Source: the human T2T-CHM13v2.0 reference genome, Homo sapiens. Taken from it: a stretch of 64,000 nucleotides of DNA. The notes below the pieces were generated by a model. It did not search any database. It had not been told where the DNA came from and was given only the letters and a program-made list of their open reading frames with translations. Each line of letters begins with the position of its first letter. The stretch's first letter is position 1. A program made the translations under genes and the position numbers. Below are positions 11,480 through 28,859 of this stretch, piece after piece. The stretch lies in NCBI RefSeq assembly GCF_009914755.1, contig NC_060931.1; one strand, written 5' to 3'.

Positions 11480-13186
11480 TTTTTCTTTAATTGTATATCT
11501 CTTCTCCTAGATTATAATCATTTCTGAGTAACAGATTTTCTTTGTGCTTTCAGTGTCCATTCCAGTACCTGTCTAATTGCAGATGTTAAAAAAATGTTTT
11601 CAGAACGAACAAACTGGAAGACACGCCTGTCCCATCTTCTCAGGGGCCTTTGTTTCTACATTAACCTATCTTGCCTTTCTGTATTATCAATTTCTTTCTC
11701 CATATTAGATGAACTTCTTTTGTCTCCAACTTTTCGAAATTCTCCATTGACCCTACATATCATTCTAGCTATTGCGTTACATTTTTTGTCCTTGTTACAT
11801 CAAAACATCTCAAAGAAAATGTATTACTAGTTCATTAATCACACTGTTACCTCCTATATATTCTTCCATCCATTCCAATCTGACTTCCTACCCTGCATTA
11901 AAAAGACACTCTTCATCAATCTTTAATAGTTTCCATGTTACAAATCCAATGAATGCTTCTCTGTTTTTGTTTTTACCCAAATTCTTATATAATTTGTACA
12001 CAATCGTTCAATTTTTTATTCAAATTTCTCTTTCAGAATTCAGTTCTCAGTCCTCTCGTCTTCTTTACTAATATTCTTTAAATAATCTCATTCATTCCCA
12101 AGGCTACAAATATTATTCACATACAGATAACATTCAAATTTATATCTCCAGCCCTAAGTTTTCTGAGATCCTTACTCATGTAGGCAATGGCCTACATGAC
12201 ATTGCTATTTGCATGACTAAAGCCATCTCACATTTAACATATTCAAAGGGATCTCTTTATTCCTTCAACTTGGTTTTCCAATTAGTCTTTTCTATATCAG
12301 CAAATGATATCCCTATCTACCGAACTGTTCAAGTCAAAAACTACAGGTCTTAACCTTCACCCCCCTTTTTCCAAATCTCCATAAACCTAACATTTTTCCC
12401 AATTTTACCTCCATAAAATCCATAAGCAAATTATCAGTGCTACTTACAAAGTAAGCCAAGTCTAGCCACTTTATCTTCATTGCCAACACTCTAGTCCAAG
12501 TCACTACCTTTGGTGAGATCATTTTCTACAAAGGCCTCCTAAATTCAGCAGCCTTTCTACTTCGACTGTTATTCTTTCCACCCCCTATTTATTTTCCACC
12601 CATCAGCAAGCATGATCTCTTTAAAAGGCAAATCAAAGCATAGTATTTCTCTACTTAACCCCCTCAAAGCTTCCCCAAAGTAGTTTGAAAAAGTAATCAA
12701 ACACCTTATGAAGGTTTATAAGGTCCAACCATGATCAGGCCCTTCCCTGCCTTGCCAATTTCATCTTCCACTCTCCAACCACTCATGCCTCATTTCTTTT
12801 CATGAAAATAGTGACAGTGACCTCTTTCCAAGAAAAGAGCTTTTGAACATGTTCCTCTGCATAACATGATTTTCCTAAAGAACTTTGCATGGCTAGCTTC
12901 TTATTCTTCAAGACTCACTGCAAATAGCACCACCTCAGAGAGGTTTTCCAGGAGCACCTTACCTAAAGCTGTCTTCCCCACCCTCCAAACCCAGTTATTA
13001 ACCTTTATACCATTCTGTTTATTTCTTCAACACATTTATCACAATCTGAAATAACTTTGTTTACTGTTTTATGACTAAATTATAAACTCAAATCCTCTAT
13101 TTCTGAAGCCCAGAATAGTGTCTAGCGTATAATAAATATCTGATTAATGTGTTAGGGAATGAATAAATAAATAAATAAATAAATGA
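11480..13186 (+). mobile_element. LINE-2 (L2) remnants
   Basis: tatatctccagccct..., catctcacatttaacatattcaaa, and the L2 3' end cccagaatagtgtctagc...aatgaataaataaa. Confidence 0.75.
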
Positions 13187-13740
13187 TAAGTAGAGTAATT
13201 TGAAAGTTACATGACCTTAAAAAATGTCACTATTACCTAAAATCCTAACCACTATTATAGATTATTTTCTTTGGTAGGAATCAACCAGAAAAATGTAAAG
13301 CACATAAATTAGTTCATCAAATTATTTTACTGGAAGTTTCTTTTTTAGATCATAAAGAAGGAAACGATTTCTCTAGAACCCCTGCTGTCCCATCTCTGTT
13401 TAAGCCAGATTTGGTATATCTGTTAGACTAAAGAGCTGTAGAATCTCATTGGCTTCACTCTACTACTAACTCAAATTTTTTTCACTGTCTTTGACTTCCA
13501 CCCTGTCTCTGTCCACATCAAACACTTAAAAATCTCTCTCTTTTAAAAACTGATGGTCTGTGGCCTTAACACTTAGACTATCTCTAAATATTCTTGAATT
13601 ACTCTTGCTCTATTGGCCCTGTTCCATCCACTCCATCTTAAGTAGGACGCATGACGTTATGATGACTTGTAACTCTACCTTGACAAGGGAGCTTCAGGGT
13701 AAGGGTCAGCCCAGTGTTCTTTCTCTCTTACCCAAGAGGG

Positions 13741-13945
13741 ATGGTTGACAGATTTAACAAATAAAAGTATAGGATTCCTTATGAAATTTGAATTTTGATA
13801 AACAATAAATAATTGTTTATAAATATAGCTCGAATATTGCATGGAACACATTTGCAATATTTGAGAAATACTTGTGAAAGATTATTCATCGTTTATCTGA
13901 AATTCAAATTTAAGTAGGTGTTCTGGGTTTCATCTGGCAACCCTA
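13741..13945. mobile_element. MER53 palindromic hAT MITE
   Basis: Termini ggttgacagat / atctggcaacccta; internal inverted arms aaatttgaatt..gataaac / gtttatctgaaattcaaattt. Confidence 0.85.
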
Positions 13946-14049
13946 TCAAGGGAGCAGATAGGTTTTTTCAGACCTTGGTCTCAATGAGGAGAGAGGCTCT
14001 CTCTGGGTCTGAGTAATCTGAAAGAGTAAAAATTAAGCAAAATCATTCT

Positions 14050-14200
14050 TAAATTCAGCAAACATTTATTGAGCATATATGTTCAGCACTGTGGGAATTA
14101 CTAGATATTCAGTGGTGAACCAAATAGACATTAGCCTGATTCATGTATATAATCCAGCAGAAGAGAAAGGTAATAAACATTTAAATAAACAAGTAAGTCC
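14050..14200 (-). mobile_element. L2 3'-end fragment
   Basis: ttcagcaaacatttattgagc...cagtggtgaac. Confidence 0.6.
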
Positions 14201-15751
14201 AGTTCTACTAGCCTGCTTTCTGAAAATTTTTCCTCAGATTACCCTTCTCTCTCCCTCTCTCTCTCACACCCAAACATACATACAACACACATTCTGAAAG
14301 CAAATAGCAGTTTTAATAATGTATAGTGACATAGTTCTGTTTTACTTGTCTTGTAATTAAGCAATGTTCTTTTTTAGGGAAGACACAAGCCAGTCCTATT
14401 ACTATTCTACCAGTAATATCACAAAAAAATAAAATGGTATTGATATTATCATGTGCCTAGTATAACTTGAAATCTTGATTTGAACTTTAGATTTTAAAGC
14501 AGAATAAAAACTCAGTTTTCAACTAAGTAACACTGTGTTTGTTATTAACAGACTGTTTGAAGATAAGACAATCCTTAAGAACATTTACCATCCAAATTAG
14601 GCTTATTATTTGTTCTATTAATATTCTCTGCAGTTATCTTCCTATTATATTGATTCAAAAAGCTTTGACTCCAAGAATGAATTGGTTAGTGGTAATATGA
14701 AGTTAACTACTTATATATGCCATGGCTTGGAAAAGTCAAGGAACTGTATTCTAAGGTCCTTTATTGACCTGATATCATGAAGGTTAAAGAAATTTGTGTT
14801 GAAGAAATGTTTAATGATATGTTTTTAGATAATATGGAAGTAGAACAAAGATATTCCAAAGATACAGAAGAACTTTTTCTGGTACCGTCCTCTGTGGTGC
14901 ACAGGACTTGAATAAAGAATAATTTGTCTAAAACTGTTATCCACCTCTGACTTACAGAAGCAAGCAACAGAATACAAAACCCCCTTCCAACAGCAAAAAC
15001 TGATACAACTGGTGTGGTTGGCAGGTCTTCTTCTGAAACCTTCAGAGTCTTAAATGATTTCAGTTTTTCTCCACTGCTTTATTCCTGCCTCTCTCATTCG
15101 CTCACATTTATGGGGCCCCAAAACCGTCCAGACTGTAAAGATCAGGCTGAGCAGAAACCCTTTACCCTCATTGACTCTTTCTGCAGCAGGAGGATTTCTG
15201 AATTTCAAGTATCCTGTCTTTAGTACTCAGCAGTAGAGGAGAGAAAGAACAACACCCTCTCCTACTCTGATCATTGAGTCCATATTTGTGCAATTCAGTT
15301 TCATAAGTCTAGATAGCAAAAAGTCTTCATTCAATAAACCCCATGTCGGCTACATTAAAAACCCTACTGAAAATTGTTAAGTTTTCATCACTGCTCAAAC
15401 CAAGCCTAAGGCCATTTGAAAATACAAGTTTAAATTATGACTTATTATTAAAATGTAGTTTCACTAATTTTCTGCATGCTAATATCTGAAATCAGACCAA
15501 CTCAATGCTTCCTTGTAACTACCTTATTAGAAAAAAAAACATTAATTGTGTTTATTTGCTCAATAAAAATTAGTAGCTAATAAATTATAGTAGTTTAGTG
15601 ACTGCCATAATTTTGGACACTGTAAAAGGCCCTAAAAGTTACAATTTTTTTTAAAAAAGATACCTTTGTTAACAATCTAATGGCTAATCTTTGGTTATTT
15701 GTAAATGATGCTTTCAAAGTAGTTGATATACCTGGAAAATATTATAAATTA

Positions 15752-16144
15752 CACAATGACATTTTGGTCAATGATATTTTGGTCAACAACTGAAAAGATA
15801 TAGAATGGTGATTTCATAAGATTATAATCGAGCAGAAAAATTTCTGTTGCCTAGTGACATCGTAGCCATTGTAATGCTGTAGCACAATGCATTATCTTTT
15901 CTGCTTAGTTGTGTTTACACAGACAAATACTTATCATTGTGTTATAATTGCCTAAAGTATTCAATACAGTGACATGCTGTACAGGTTAGTAGCCTAGGAA
16001 AAATGGGAAATACCATATTGTCTAGGTATGTAGTAGGTTATACCATCTAGGTTTACATAAGTATGCTCTACAATGTACAATGATGAAATTCCCTAAAGAT
16101 GTATTTCTCAAAATGTATCCCTATGATTAAACAACACACAACTG
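15752..16144 (+). mobile_element. Tigger3 (Golem) non-autonomous DNA transposon
   Basis: cataagattataat..., acatgctgtacagg...agcctagg, taccatctaggttt; right end ...actg followed by TA. Confidence 0.85.
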
Positions 16145-17611
16145 TATTTAAAGCACTTGAAGATATTCAAACACTAACCAATTAGGAAAACATCTGTTAT
16201 TTTACCTCTAGATGAGTAGCTAAAATATGTGGAGTTTTCAAATTGTTTATCATTTGATAAGAGATAAAAACATAAGCAAATTACAAATGCAGTAAACCTG
16301 GGTAATGGGGTTATGGAGTATAGTTACCGAATGTGCAGCTAGTCAAGGCTCTAGAAAGTATAGTAGCTAGTCAAAGTTTCAGATAGAATATAATGATATC
16401 CTCCATTGTCCTTCACTGAGCTCCACTGCACTGCAAAAATTTGCACAAAATTTTAAATAAACAGATTATTTATTGTTTACTATTGAGAATTCACATGTGA
16501 ACAAGATGGTCAGGTGCCTGTCCCTCTGTAACTTCCATTCCAGTGCATTTATGTGTTGCCCTTATTAGTATCCAACAGAAGCTACATATTTATTTTGACA
16601 AAAATTGGATTGCAACCCACCTAAATGGTACAATGTTTTCTTTTCCAGCTACTGCAATAGCTCCTACAACCTTACTGCTTAAAAAATATTTCCTCAATAA
16701 AGAAATTACCTCATTTCAGCAATAAAACTGCCCTGAAAGATAATTGTATTATTAAATATTATGTTTAAACAGAAAATCTAATTCTAAAATGAAGTCCCAA
16801 GATGCTAGAAAACTTGCCCAAGGTTACAAACTTAGTACAAACTTTAGCTAGGAGTTTTGTTGAAAGAATAAAGAGAGAATGAAAATGCTCTGTAAATTCA
16901 AACACTAATGTGTCAACCTATACAGTGTTCACAAGAAACAGCAGTAGCAGCTTTCTGGTTTGTGCTTATAGCTGTAATTTGTTTTTCAAACAAACTCTGC
17001 AAGATGTTATCTTAGATTTCTATCATTATAAATTTATATACTGCTTTTATAATTAAATGATGTTTAAATAAATTATCCTTAAAATAATAACTGATATATG
17101 CATATACAAATCTTAAGGTTCATGAGAATGGCTTAATTCCTGTAGTAAATAAAGAAGTACTTTTATAAGTTTTTAAACCTATAAAAATTTGAAGATGCAC
17201 TATGTATTTAATTAATAATGCCACTGACCAACATGGTCCTAATATTTGCCTCAGTTTGACTAAACTTTACATAGGCTTATTCTTCACCGTAGGTTCTTAC
17301 CTCCCTTTTCTCAGAGTGTTTCTTTTAGAAAACTTTAAATTGTAAATTATTTCTCTGACCCTTTGAGATATAGATCTTTTTAAAAGCTTCCTGACAGTTT
17401 TATAACCCAGAAATTTTTTTTCAAGGACCTGAGAGTCATGTCTTCGACATGTCATCATCAAAGAAGATAGCACTCAGTCTCCTATTTTCTGTGAGAGGGA
17501 AGGAGTCTAATTTCAATGGGTGTCTGGCTATGTCATAAAACTACATTTTGTCATAAAGATATAAGAGTTTCATTTTACCTTCACATAAAGCCAATGAGAA
17601 AACACAGATGG

Positions 17612-18154
17612 TGTGATAGTTAATATTGAGTGTCAACTTGATTGGATTAAAGGATGCAAAGTATTGTTCTTGGGTGTATCTGTGAGGGTGTTGCCAAAGG
17701 AAACTAATATTTGTGTCAGTGTACTGGGAGAGGTAGACCCACCCTCAATCTGGGCGGGCACCATCTAATCAGCTGCCAGTGCAGCTAGAATAAAGCAAGA
17801 AAACATGGAAGGACTAGACATGCTGAGTCTTCCAGCCTTCATCTTTCTCCCATGCTGGATGTTTTCCTGCCCTGGAACACCAGACTCCAAGTTCTTCAGC
17901 TTTTGGACTCTTGGACTTACACCAGTGGTTTGCCAGGAGTGCTCAGCCTTCAGCCACTGACTGAAAGCTGCACTGTCGGCTTCCCTACTTTTGAGGTTTT
18001 GGGACTCAGACTGGCTTCCTTGCTCCTCAGCTTGCAGACAGCCTGTTGTGGGATTTCACCTTGTGATCATGAGTCAATACTCCTTAATAAACTCCCCTTC
18101 ATATATACATCTATCCTATTAGTCCTGTCCCTCTAGAGAACCCTGACTAATACA
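17612..18154 (+). mobile_element. MLT2A (MLT2A2-like) HERV-L solo LTR, complete
   Basis: TGTGATAGTTAATATTGAGTGTCAACTTGATTGG...GAGAACCCTGACTAATACA; TG...CA ends; 5-bp TSD GATGG at 17607-17611 and 18155-18159. Confidence 0.92.
17639..17649 (-). promoter_or_regulatory. DUX4-type double-homeodomain motif TAATCCAATCA inside MLT2A
   Basis: + strand tgattggatta; matches TAAYBBAATCA. Binding itself is not shown. Confidence 0.6.
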
Positions 18155-21100
18155 GATGGCTTATGACTTTCCCCTAATGTCCTACAGGACTTTTGCACTA
18201 GCTCACCCCAGCACTCATAAAACCCTATCCTCTCTGCTTTAGTGACGTTGAGGTCAAACTTAGCTCTGGCCTTTCTCCCCTGTTGCGGTAGTCTTAAATA
18301 AAGCATTCCTTACCTGTTTCACTTTGTATGGTATAACTTTTATTTTGATGCCATACTTACAGAAAAAAAAAATTGCATGGAGTATTGAGAAATAATATGT
18401 GTAAACAAAACAGAGTTATCATAAAAATACCAACTCTGGGGCAAAATATAAATTTAGCATGGTCAAGTTTACAAATTATTGTCTGAGATAAGTGTCTAAC
18501 AAAAGTAAGTTTTCCTCATTCAAAGGAATATATTCATAGACAAGAAAGACATTGAAGCTACCTATATAAAATCCATTAGTCTAATGGTATTTTCAGAAAC
18601 TGAAGAAAATTAAAAACTTTTAAAAAATGGCATTGAGTTTAGAAGCATAGACAGATATTTTGTAATTACCAATTTCACAAAAAGAACCTGTATGAGGAAG
18701 TTCAGTAGCCAAACCTAATCAACAATAGACTCAATGTATTTACAATAAAAATGCTACATCCTCTTCTTTTTCCACCCTGGCAATTAAAAGAACAATAGAA
18801 AGAAGTCAAGCTATCTGTTGTAGAAAAATATAAATGAAAAAAATATCAAGAGGATTGACTACAGTAAGCACCAGAACATTCAGAAGATAAAGGAGAAATA
18901 TCAATCTGAATGTCTAAAACCAAGATTCAAATTAACATCAAGCTTGAAAAATACTTCTTTAAATTGACATAATTTGAATATAAAGAATTTAAACACAAAC
19001 TAAAGGTATTCGCATCAAATTATCTCTGTTCTCATAGCTTAAACATAGCAAAACCCAATTTTAGATACTTAATATGAAATTTTTGAAAGAGACATACCAA
19101 CAAATTAAAATAGAATCTAACTTTTCATAAACTTAGAAGATAGTAGAAAATTAGGTAAGATACCACTTGCCCTAGGAAAAGAATCATAATTAGCTTTCAG
19201 TGTTGGTATAGGAGATATAGAACACTTTTGAAGCTGTTCTCTATTGAGTTGAGAGAACTATTCTTTCCTAAGAAACACAATACTAATATTTTCCCCAAAC
19301 AAGCCAATACTCTTAAATAATGAAAGTATTTACTAATTGTTGTAAAACTTAGATGTACCAGGAAATAATTTAACAAAGAAAACATTGTCACAGGAATAAA
19401 TTTTATATTTGGAAACACTGTTTGGCCTTAAAAATTCTCAAGTAAGAGTTAATAGCTACAAATTAGAATTATCTCTAGTAAAAGGCTACTACTGTTTCAA
19501 TTACTTTTTACAAGTTTTGACTGTCAAGAAACAGAAACAAGAACTATGAAACAGAAAACATATCTGATACATTAACTTTCTATGTGATTTATACAGCACA
19601 GCAGAGCTCAGATAAATATAATGAAATTCAGTTATACAGTTAATTCAGTTCAGTGTTTATTTATCAAACTAATTATATGAAACTAAAAGTAGATATAGGC
19701 TAAAATAATTTTTAAATCACAGAACCATTTATTCAACAGGTGTTAAATTGGATCTAAATCTCTCTATATAAATTCTATTTACATGTCAAATTATTATAAA
19801 GAATTTACAACCCAGAAATTGCAAAATGTACTTCTAATGAACCCTAGATACTAATAGAGTGCTCTCAAAGGCTTATTAATTCAACAAATAAACACAATCA
19901 AACAAAATAGCATTATAAGCATTGTCATTAAGATATTCATTATATAGTCTCCATCACAACATGATTTAAATTCAATGATAGTTTTGTGTCAGAAATAAAA
20001 AGCTAATTTTTCATTTGCTTTTTTCCTTGCCTAGGGTAATATATGCCATTAGTTTCAATATTTAGTATCTTATCCATGCTTTGACTTTTTCTAGTAGCAT
20101 GTAGTGTATCACCAGAAATCTTCATGCTGTTAACAAAGACCTATTCATTCAATAGGTATGCTTTCCACTAAAGAGTCAATATAACACTCACAGTGAATAA
20201 TGAAAACTCCACATTAGAAATTTGGAAATCTTGACTACAGAAAAACAAATAAAATTGTAAATTTTTTAAGGAATATTTCTACCAGAATAAATTTTAGGCT
20301 TTGAGGAAGCAGGAATAAAATCAAAAATTTTATTATATTTACATTGCCATCTAGATCCAGTAAAATCACTTATTCAATGGAAGTCAACATATTATATCAT
20401 AGTCAGTACTTTTATTCCCTTACTAAAACTTCAGAATTACTATTAACATTTTAATAAAGTGCTAACCCATATAAGCCCACACTTTATTTTTACCAATTTA
20501 TAATTTTCTTTTCATTTGTATATACTGGCTGTTGATTATGAGATTGTAAAAAAAAAAAACCCTACCTTTTGAAGTTTTAATGTTTAAATTTCTAGAACTT
20601 AGAAGCTATCTTTTTGTTCAGAATATAAGCAGATATGAATAAAATTTGAATGTAGAAACATATCAGCCCTATGCTGTATTTCATTTAAAACATGTAGCTT
20701 AGTTTGAAAATTGGCATGGACAATCACACAATTTTAAAGGAAAGCCCAGAAGTCATATTACCCAAACCATACAGTGAAAGACTCTTCCTCCATAAAATCC
20801 TGAAAGATCTTCTCTATTGTTTCTAAAACTTCCCATTGAGAGAAACCACTGCAATAAATTCTAGTTCACACCGCTGCAATCAATTTCAGTTTCTGATTGA
20901 ACAGTTCTAATTATTAGGAAGCTTTTATTTATAGCAAGTCAAATAATATATGCTTCTGTATAAAATTAGCCAGCCTTTTTCCTGGAACAATTTTTTTAAC
21001 TATTTGAAGATATTTGTGATATTTTCTTCATTCTACCTTTTCCATTCTGTAATTGGGCAAATTTGGTTTTTTAAAAATTAACATATAATTTGATGTTTAT

Positions 21101-21739
21101 CCTTAAAGAAGTACATTATATTTCAAACTGTGAACAGTGACTGTTCTTGATAGGTCATTAATAGAGGCAGACCTAAGTCAGGAGAAGTCACTTGAGGTAA
21201 CACTATAGTGAGCAAGACAGAAACACTGATTAGTCCAAAATATAAAACTTACACCCTTGGTCAAAAGTCACTCCCTTAAACTGCTGAACATAAAACAAGA
21301 CTATGACTGGAAAGGTTATAGATTTTGAAATCAATTTTGGTATCCCTAGGTTAAAGGTGTCAAAACTCAGTCACAAATATTTCTGCTTATAGTCAGAATT
21401 TTTTGAAAATCAAGCACCAACTCCCATTCTTTGGTTAAAGTATTCTTATTTTACTTGAGAGGAGCAGTCAACTCTATTTTCTTTATTTCTTTCTATGTGC
21501 TTTAAAAACAGCTGAGTCTCAGGGAGAGCATGTGAGTGATGAATGGACAACTGGAGGATCCCAGTTTCCCTGGGCACAGTAATAGTTTTAGCATTGGGCA
21601 TGAGAACCAAACATGGAGAGAATCTGCGGATATTTGCTAATATTATACAGAGATATCATGCTTTTTTCCCCTTGACTTTAAACAAGAAAGATATAACTTG
21701 GGCTACTGTTTTAAATGACAAAAACATTTTGAAGAAATT

Positions 21740-23570
21740 ATAAATCTATGATATTGTGTAAAAATTATATAAAAATGTAATTTGTGACATCAATTACATA
21801 AAGTGAGGGTATGGTGCTGTAGAGGAGTAGAGTTTTTGTATGTAATTGAAGTTAAGTTGTTATCAGTTTAAAATAGACTGTTATAACTTGAAGATGTTTT
21901 ATGTAAATGCAATGGTTACAACAAAGAAAATATGTTTAAAATATACATGAGAGAAAATGAAAAGAAAATCAAAGCATATTGCCACAAAAAAATCAATGAA
22001 ACACAAAGAAAGGTAGTGAGAAAGGAAAAGACAAAATCTACGAGACAGACAATAAACAATTAAAAATGGAAATAGTAACTCCTTCCCTATCAGTAATTAA
22101 TTTAAATCTAAATGGATAAAACTCCCCAATCAAAAGCTACAGATTGATAAATGTAAAACCAGGATTCAACTATATATTTTCTACAAGAGACTTATTTTAG
22201 ATCCAAGGACACACATAGGCTGAAAGTGAAAGGATAAAAAAAGGTATTCTGTGAAAATGGTACATTACAATCAAATTGTCTGAAGTGACCAAATACCTTG
22301 AAAGACGGTAGGAATAACTATAATAATATCAGATAAAATCAGATTTTAATTTGAAAACTATTATAAGACATGAACAAGGATATTATATAATGATAAAAGG
22401 GTCAATTCACCAAGAAGATCTAACAATTATAAATATTTATGTACTAAACCAGAGCTCCTAAATATATAAAACAAACTTTGACAGAATTGAAGGAGAAATA
22501 GACAGCAACCCAATACTAATAGGAGACTTCAGTACACCACTTTCAACAATAGAAAGAACAACAACTGGAAAATCAACAAGGAAATAGGGACCTGAACAAC
22601 ATTATATACCAATAGAACCCAACAGATATGTACAGAATAATCCACCCAATAACAGCAAAGTATACATTCTTTTATAGTATACACAGAATATTTTCTAGGA
22701 TAGACCACATGTAAGGACACAAAACAGGTCTTAACAAATACAAAAAGATTGAAATCACACAAGTATCTTTTCCAATGACAATGAAATGAAACTAGAAATC
22801 AATAGTACAAGGAAACTGGAAAATCCGCAAATACATAAGAAAATTAACACACTCTTAAACAACCAGTGAGTCAAATAAGTAACAAGAAAATTTTAAAAAT
22901 ACCTTGAGACAAATGAAAATAAAAACACACCAAAATTAATGGGATCCAGTAAAGAGTACTAAGGAGAAGTTTATAGTTGGAAATGTAAATGTACATGTTT
23001 AAAAAAAAATTACAGTCAATACCAATGATAAACATAGATGCAAAAATCCTCAACGAAATACTAGCAAACCATGTGTCTGCACATTAAAAGGATCATTCAC
23101 CATGATCAAGAGGACTCTATTTCTAAAATGCAAGACTAGTGCAACACACATAAATTGATACATTTGATATATCGCATTAACAGAACAAAAAGGACAGAAA
23201 CCATATCATCATCTCAATATATTTAGAAAAGGCATATGACAAAATTCAACGTTATTTCATGGTAAAAACTCTCAACAAAGTAGGTGCAAAAGGAACGGTC
23301 CTCAACACAATAAAGGCCATATATGACAAGCACACAGTTAAAATCTTAATGGTGAAGAGTTAAAGGCCATTCCTATGACATTGGGAACACGACAAAGATC
23401 AAGTTTAACATACTGAAATTCTTGGCCAGAACAGTTAAGCAAAAGAAAACTGAAAGGCATTCAAATAGAAAAGAAAGAAGTGAGATTGTCACAATTTGTT
23501 GATGACATAATCTTATATATAGAAAAACCTAAAGACTCCACCAACAATTGTAAGAACTAATAAACAAATT
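21740..23570 (+). mobile_element. Old L1M: inter-ORF and endonuclease region joined at ~23010 to an RT-region fragment
   Basis: ataggctgaaagtgaaagga, ggagacttcagtacaccact, then acatagatgcaaaaatcctcaac and gatgacataatcttatat (degenerate FADD motif). Confidence 0.85.
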
Positions 23571-26760
<3,190 letters not shown>

Positions 26761-26831
26761 TATTTTCATATGAATTATGCTTCTCTTACTGTACTTTTTT
26801 CTGCTTTTGTTAGATTTAGAGCTTTCTTTCT

Positions 26832-27474
26832 TTATTAGTCAGGGTTCTCCAGAGAAATAGAACAAATAAAGTATATATGTATGTGTGTATGTATGTGTGA
26901 GTGTATGTGTGTATAGATATATTGTATATACATATACAACATGTATATAATACATACGTGTATCTATATAATAGGATATATATACAGGATCCCCAATAGG
27001 ATATGGATATATAAATATACACACATATATTTATATATACACACACACACACAAACACATAGACACATATATATGAAGATATTTACTATACAAAATTAGC
27101 TCACACAATTATGGAGGCTGAGAATCCCACAATCTGCAAGCTGGAGACCCAGGAAAGCTAGTGGTATAATTCCAGGTTGGGTCCAAAGGCCTGAGAACCA
27201 AGAAGCCTATGGTGTAAATTTCAATCCAAGTGAGGAAGTGAAGACTAATGTCCCAACTCTACAGGAAGGCAGGAGGCAAAAAGGAGAGAATTCTTCTCCT
27301 TCTCAACAAATTCAATGAAGTCCACCCACATTGGGGAGGACAATCTACTTTGCTGAGTCAACCAATTCTAATGCTAATCCCATCCAGAAACACCCTCACA
27401 GAAATACCTAGAATTAGTGTTTAATCTGGGCCCCACTAGCCCAGTCAAGCTGATATATAGAATTAACTACTTAC
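26832..27474 (-). mobile_element. MLT2D-like ERVL LTR with an expanded internal (TA/CA/TG)n tract at ~26872-27075
   Basis: tattagtcagggttctccagagaaa...ggaggctgag...ctgcaagctggagacccagg...ccagaaacaccctcacaga. Confidence 0.8.
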
Positions 27475-27567
27475 ACTTCCTTCTGAGATTGTTGACAATT
27501 GTACTTGTTGGAGTCTTCCATTCTTTTTGAGCTGAATTTCCTTAAACAAACTGTCATCTTAGTAACT

Positions 27568-27927
27568 GTATTTGTTTGAGAGGGTTGTCATATGAATTAT
27601 CACAGACTGGGTAGCTCAGACAACTGAAATTTATTTTCTCACCATTCTGGAGGATTCAAGTTCAAGATCAAGGTATCAGCAGGTTTGGTTTTTTCCATGG
27701 CTTGCAGAGGGCTACCTTCTCATTGTGCCCTTAAATGGTCATCCCTTTGTCTGTGTGTCCTTTTCGAATGAGGATATCAGTCGTATTGGATTAGGACCCA
27801 TCCTAATGACCCTGTTTTAACTTAATTTCCTTTAAAAGATTTATCACCAAATACAGTCAGTTTTTGAGGTACTAGAAGTTAGACCCTCAACATATAGGTT
27901 TGGGGGGAACATTATTCATCCCATAAA
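27568..27927 (-). mobile_element. MLT1A/MLT1A0 MaLR LTR
   Basis: aatttattttctcac.attctggagg, aagatcaagg, ggattagg.ccca.cctaatgacc, ccaaatacagtca. Confidence 0.8.
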
Positions 27928-28187
27928 AGTAACATAGTTACATTTTCTCTTAAATTATGAAATCTGATTTGTCAAAGTCTTCATGATCATATATCTGACT
28001 AAATCTTCTCTTTATAATATGTTGTATTTCCTTACCATTATATATTGAAATGATTATTTTCCACCAAAACTTACATATATCTTGCCATGTAGCACACCAA
28101 TTTCTTAAAGCAAAAATGCATTTATCTATACATTCACATACCTGCACACAGGTCAGAGGTCCTGGTACAGGCAGGTTTGTGTCCTGA

Positions 28188-28859
28188 TGAAGCAGCCTTG
28201 TTGTCTGGGGTGGTACTTGAGGTTCATCATCTCATGTCTAGGAAATCAAGGATGTGGACACACAGAGAGTGAGGTTAGGAGTGGAAGTTTAATAGGTGAA
28301 ATAAAGAGAAGAGCTCTCTGCAGCAGAGAGGGGTCCCAGAGAAATGGGTTGCCAGTTCTGTGGTGAAATACAGGAGGTTTTATAGATGAGCTTGAGAAGG
28401 CAGTGTCTAATTTATATAGGGCACAAAAGATTGGTTAGACCAGGTATACCATTTGCATAAGGCTCAAAAAACTGGTTAGGACTAGGCATGCTATTTGTAC
28501 AGGGTGTGAATTTCTGGCCACCCCCACCCTAGTCTTTTATTATGCAGATGGATTATCTGCCTGGCCAGCAACATGTTGCCATTCATTTACTGTACATGTG
28601 GTAACAAAAAAAGGGAAGATGGACCCTCCACACTGGATATGCCTGGCCCCCAGGTAGCCCTTTTCTGTTGGCACAGCTGGCAGCATTTGCCCATCCAAGC
28701 TCCCAGCTTGTTTCTCTATGTTTGCAGTTCAACTTTTCAGGCTGCTCTTTGCTAGGAAAAAAATAATCTCTTGTGCTGCTTTTTGTGAGAAGAGAAGCTT
28801 TGCTGAGGACTCTTACCCTCACTATCTGCCTAAATAATTTCTGTCTACCTCCTGTATCA
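28188..28859 (-). mobile_element. MER50-like ERV1 solo LTR, complete
   Basis: Minus strand starts TGATACAGGAGGTAGACAGAAATTATTTAGGCAGATAGTGAGGG; TG...CA ends; 4-bp TSD CTGA at 28184-28187 and 28860-28863. Confidence 0.85.

Larger units (their letters stand above)
17225..18350 (+). mobile_element. ERV1-class solo LTR (MER67-like), split by the MLT2A insertion
   Basis: ttgactaaacttta..., tttagaaaactt...ccctttgagat, tcaaggacctg; sequence resumes after 18159 with aataaa at ~18297. Confidence 0.65.
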
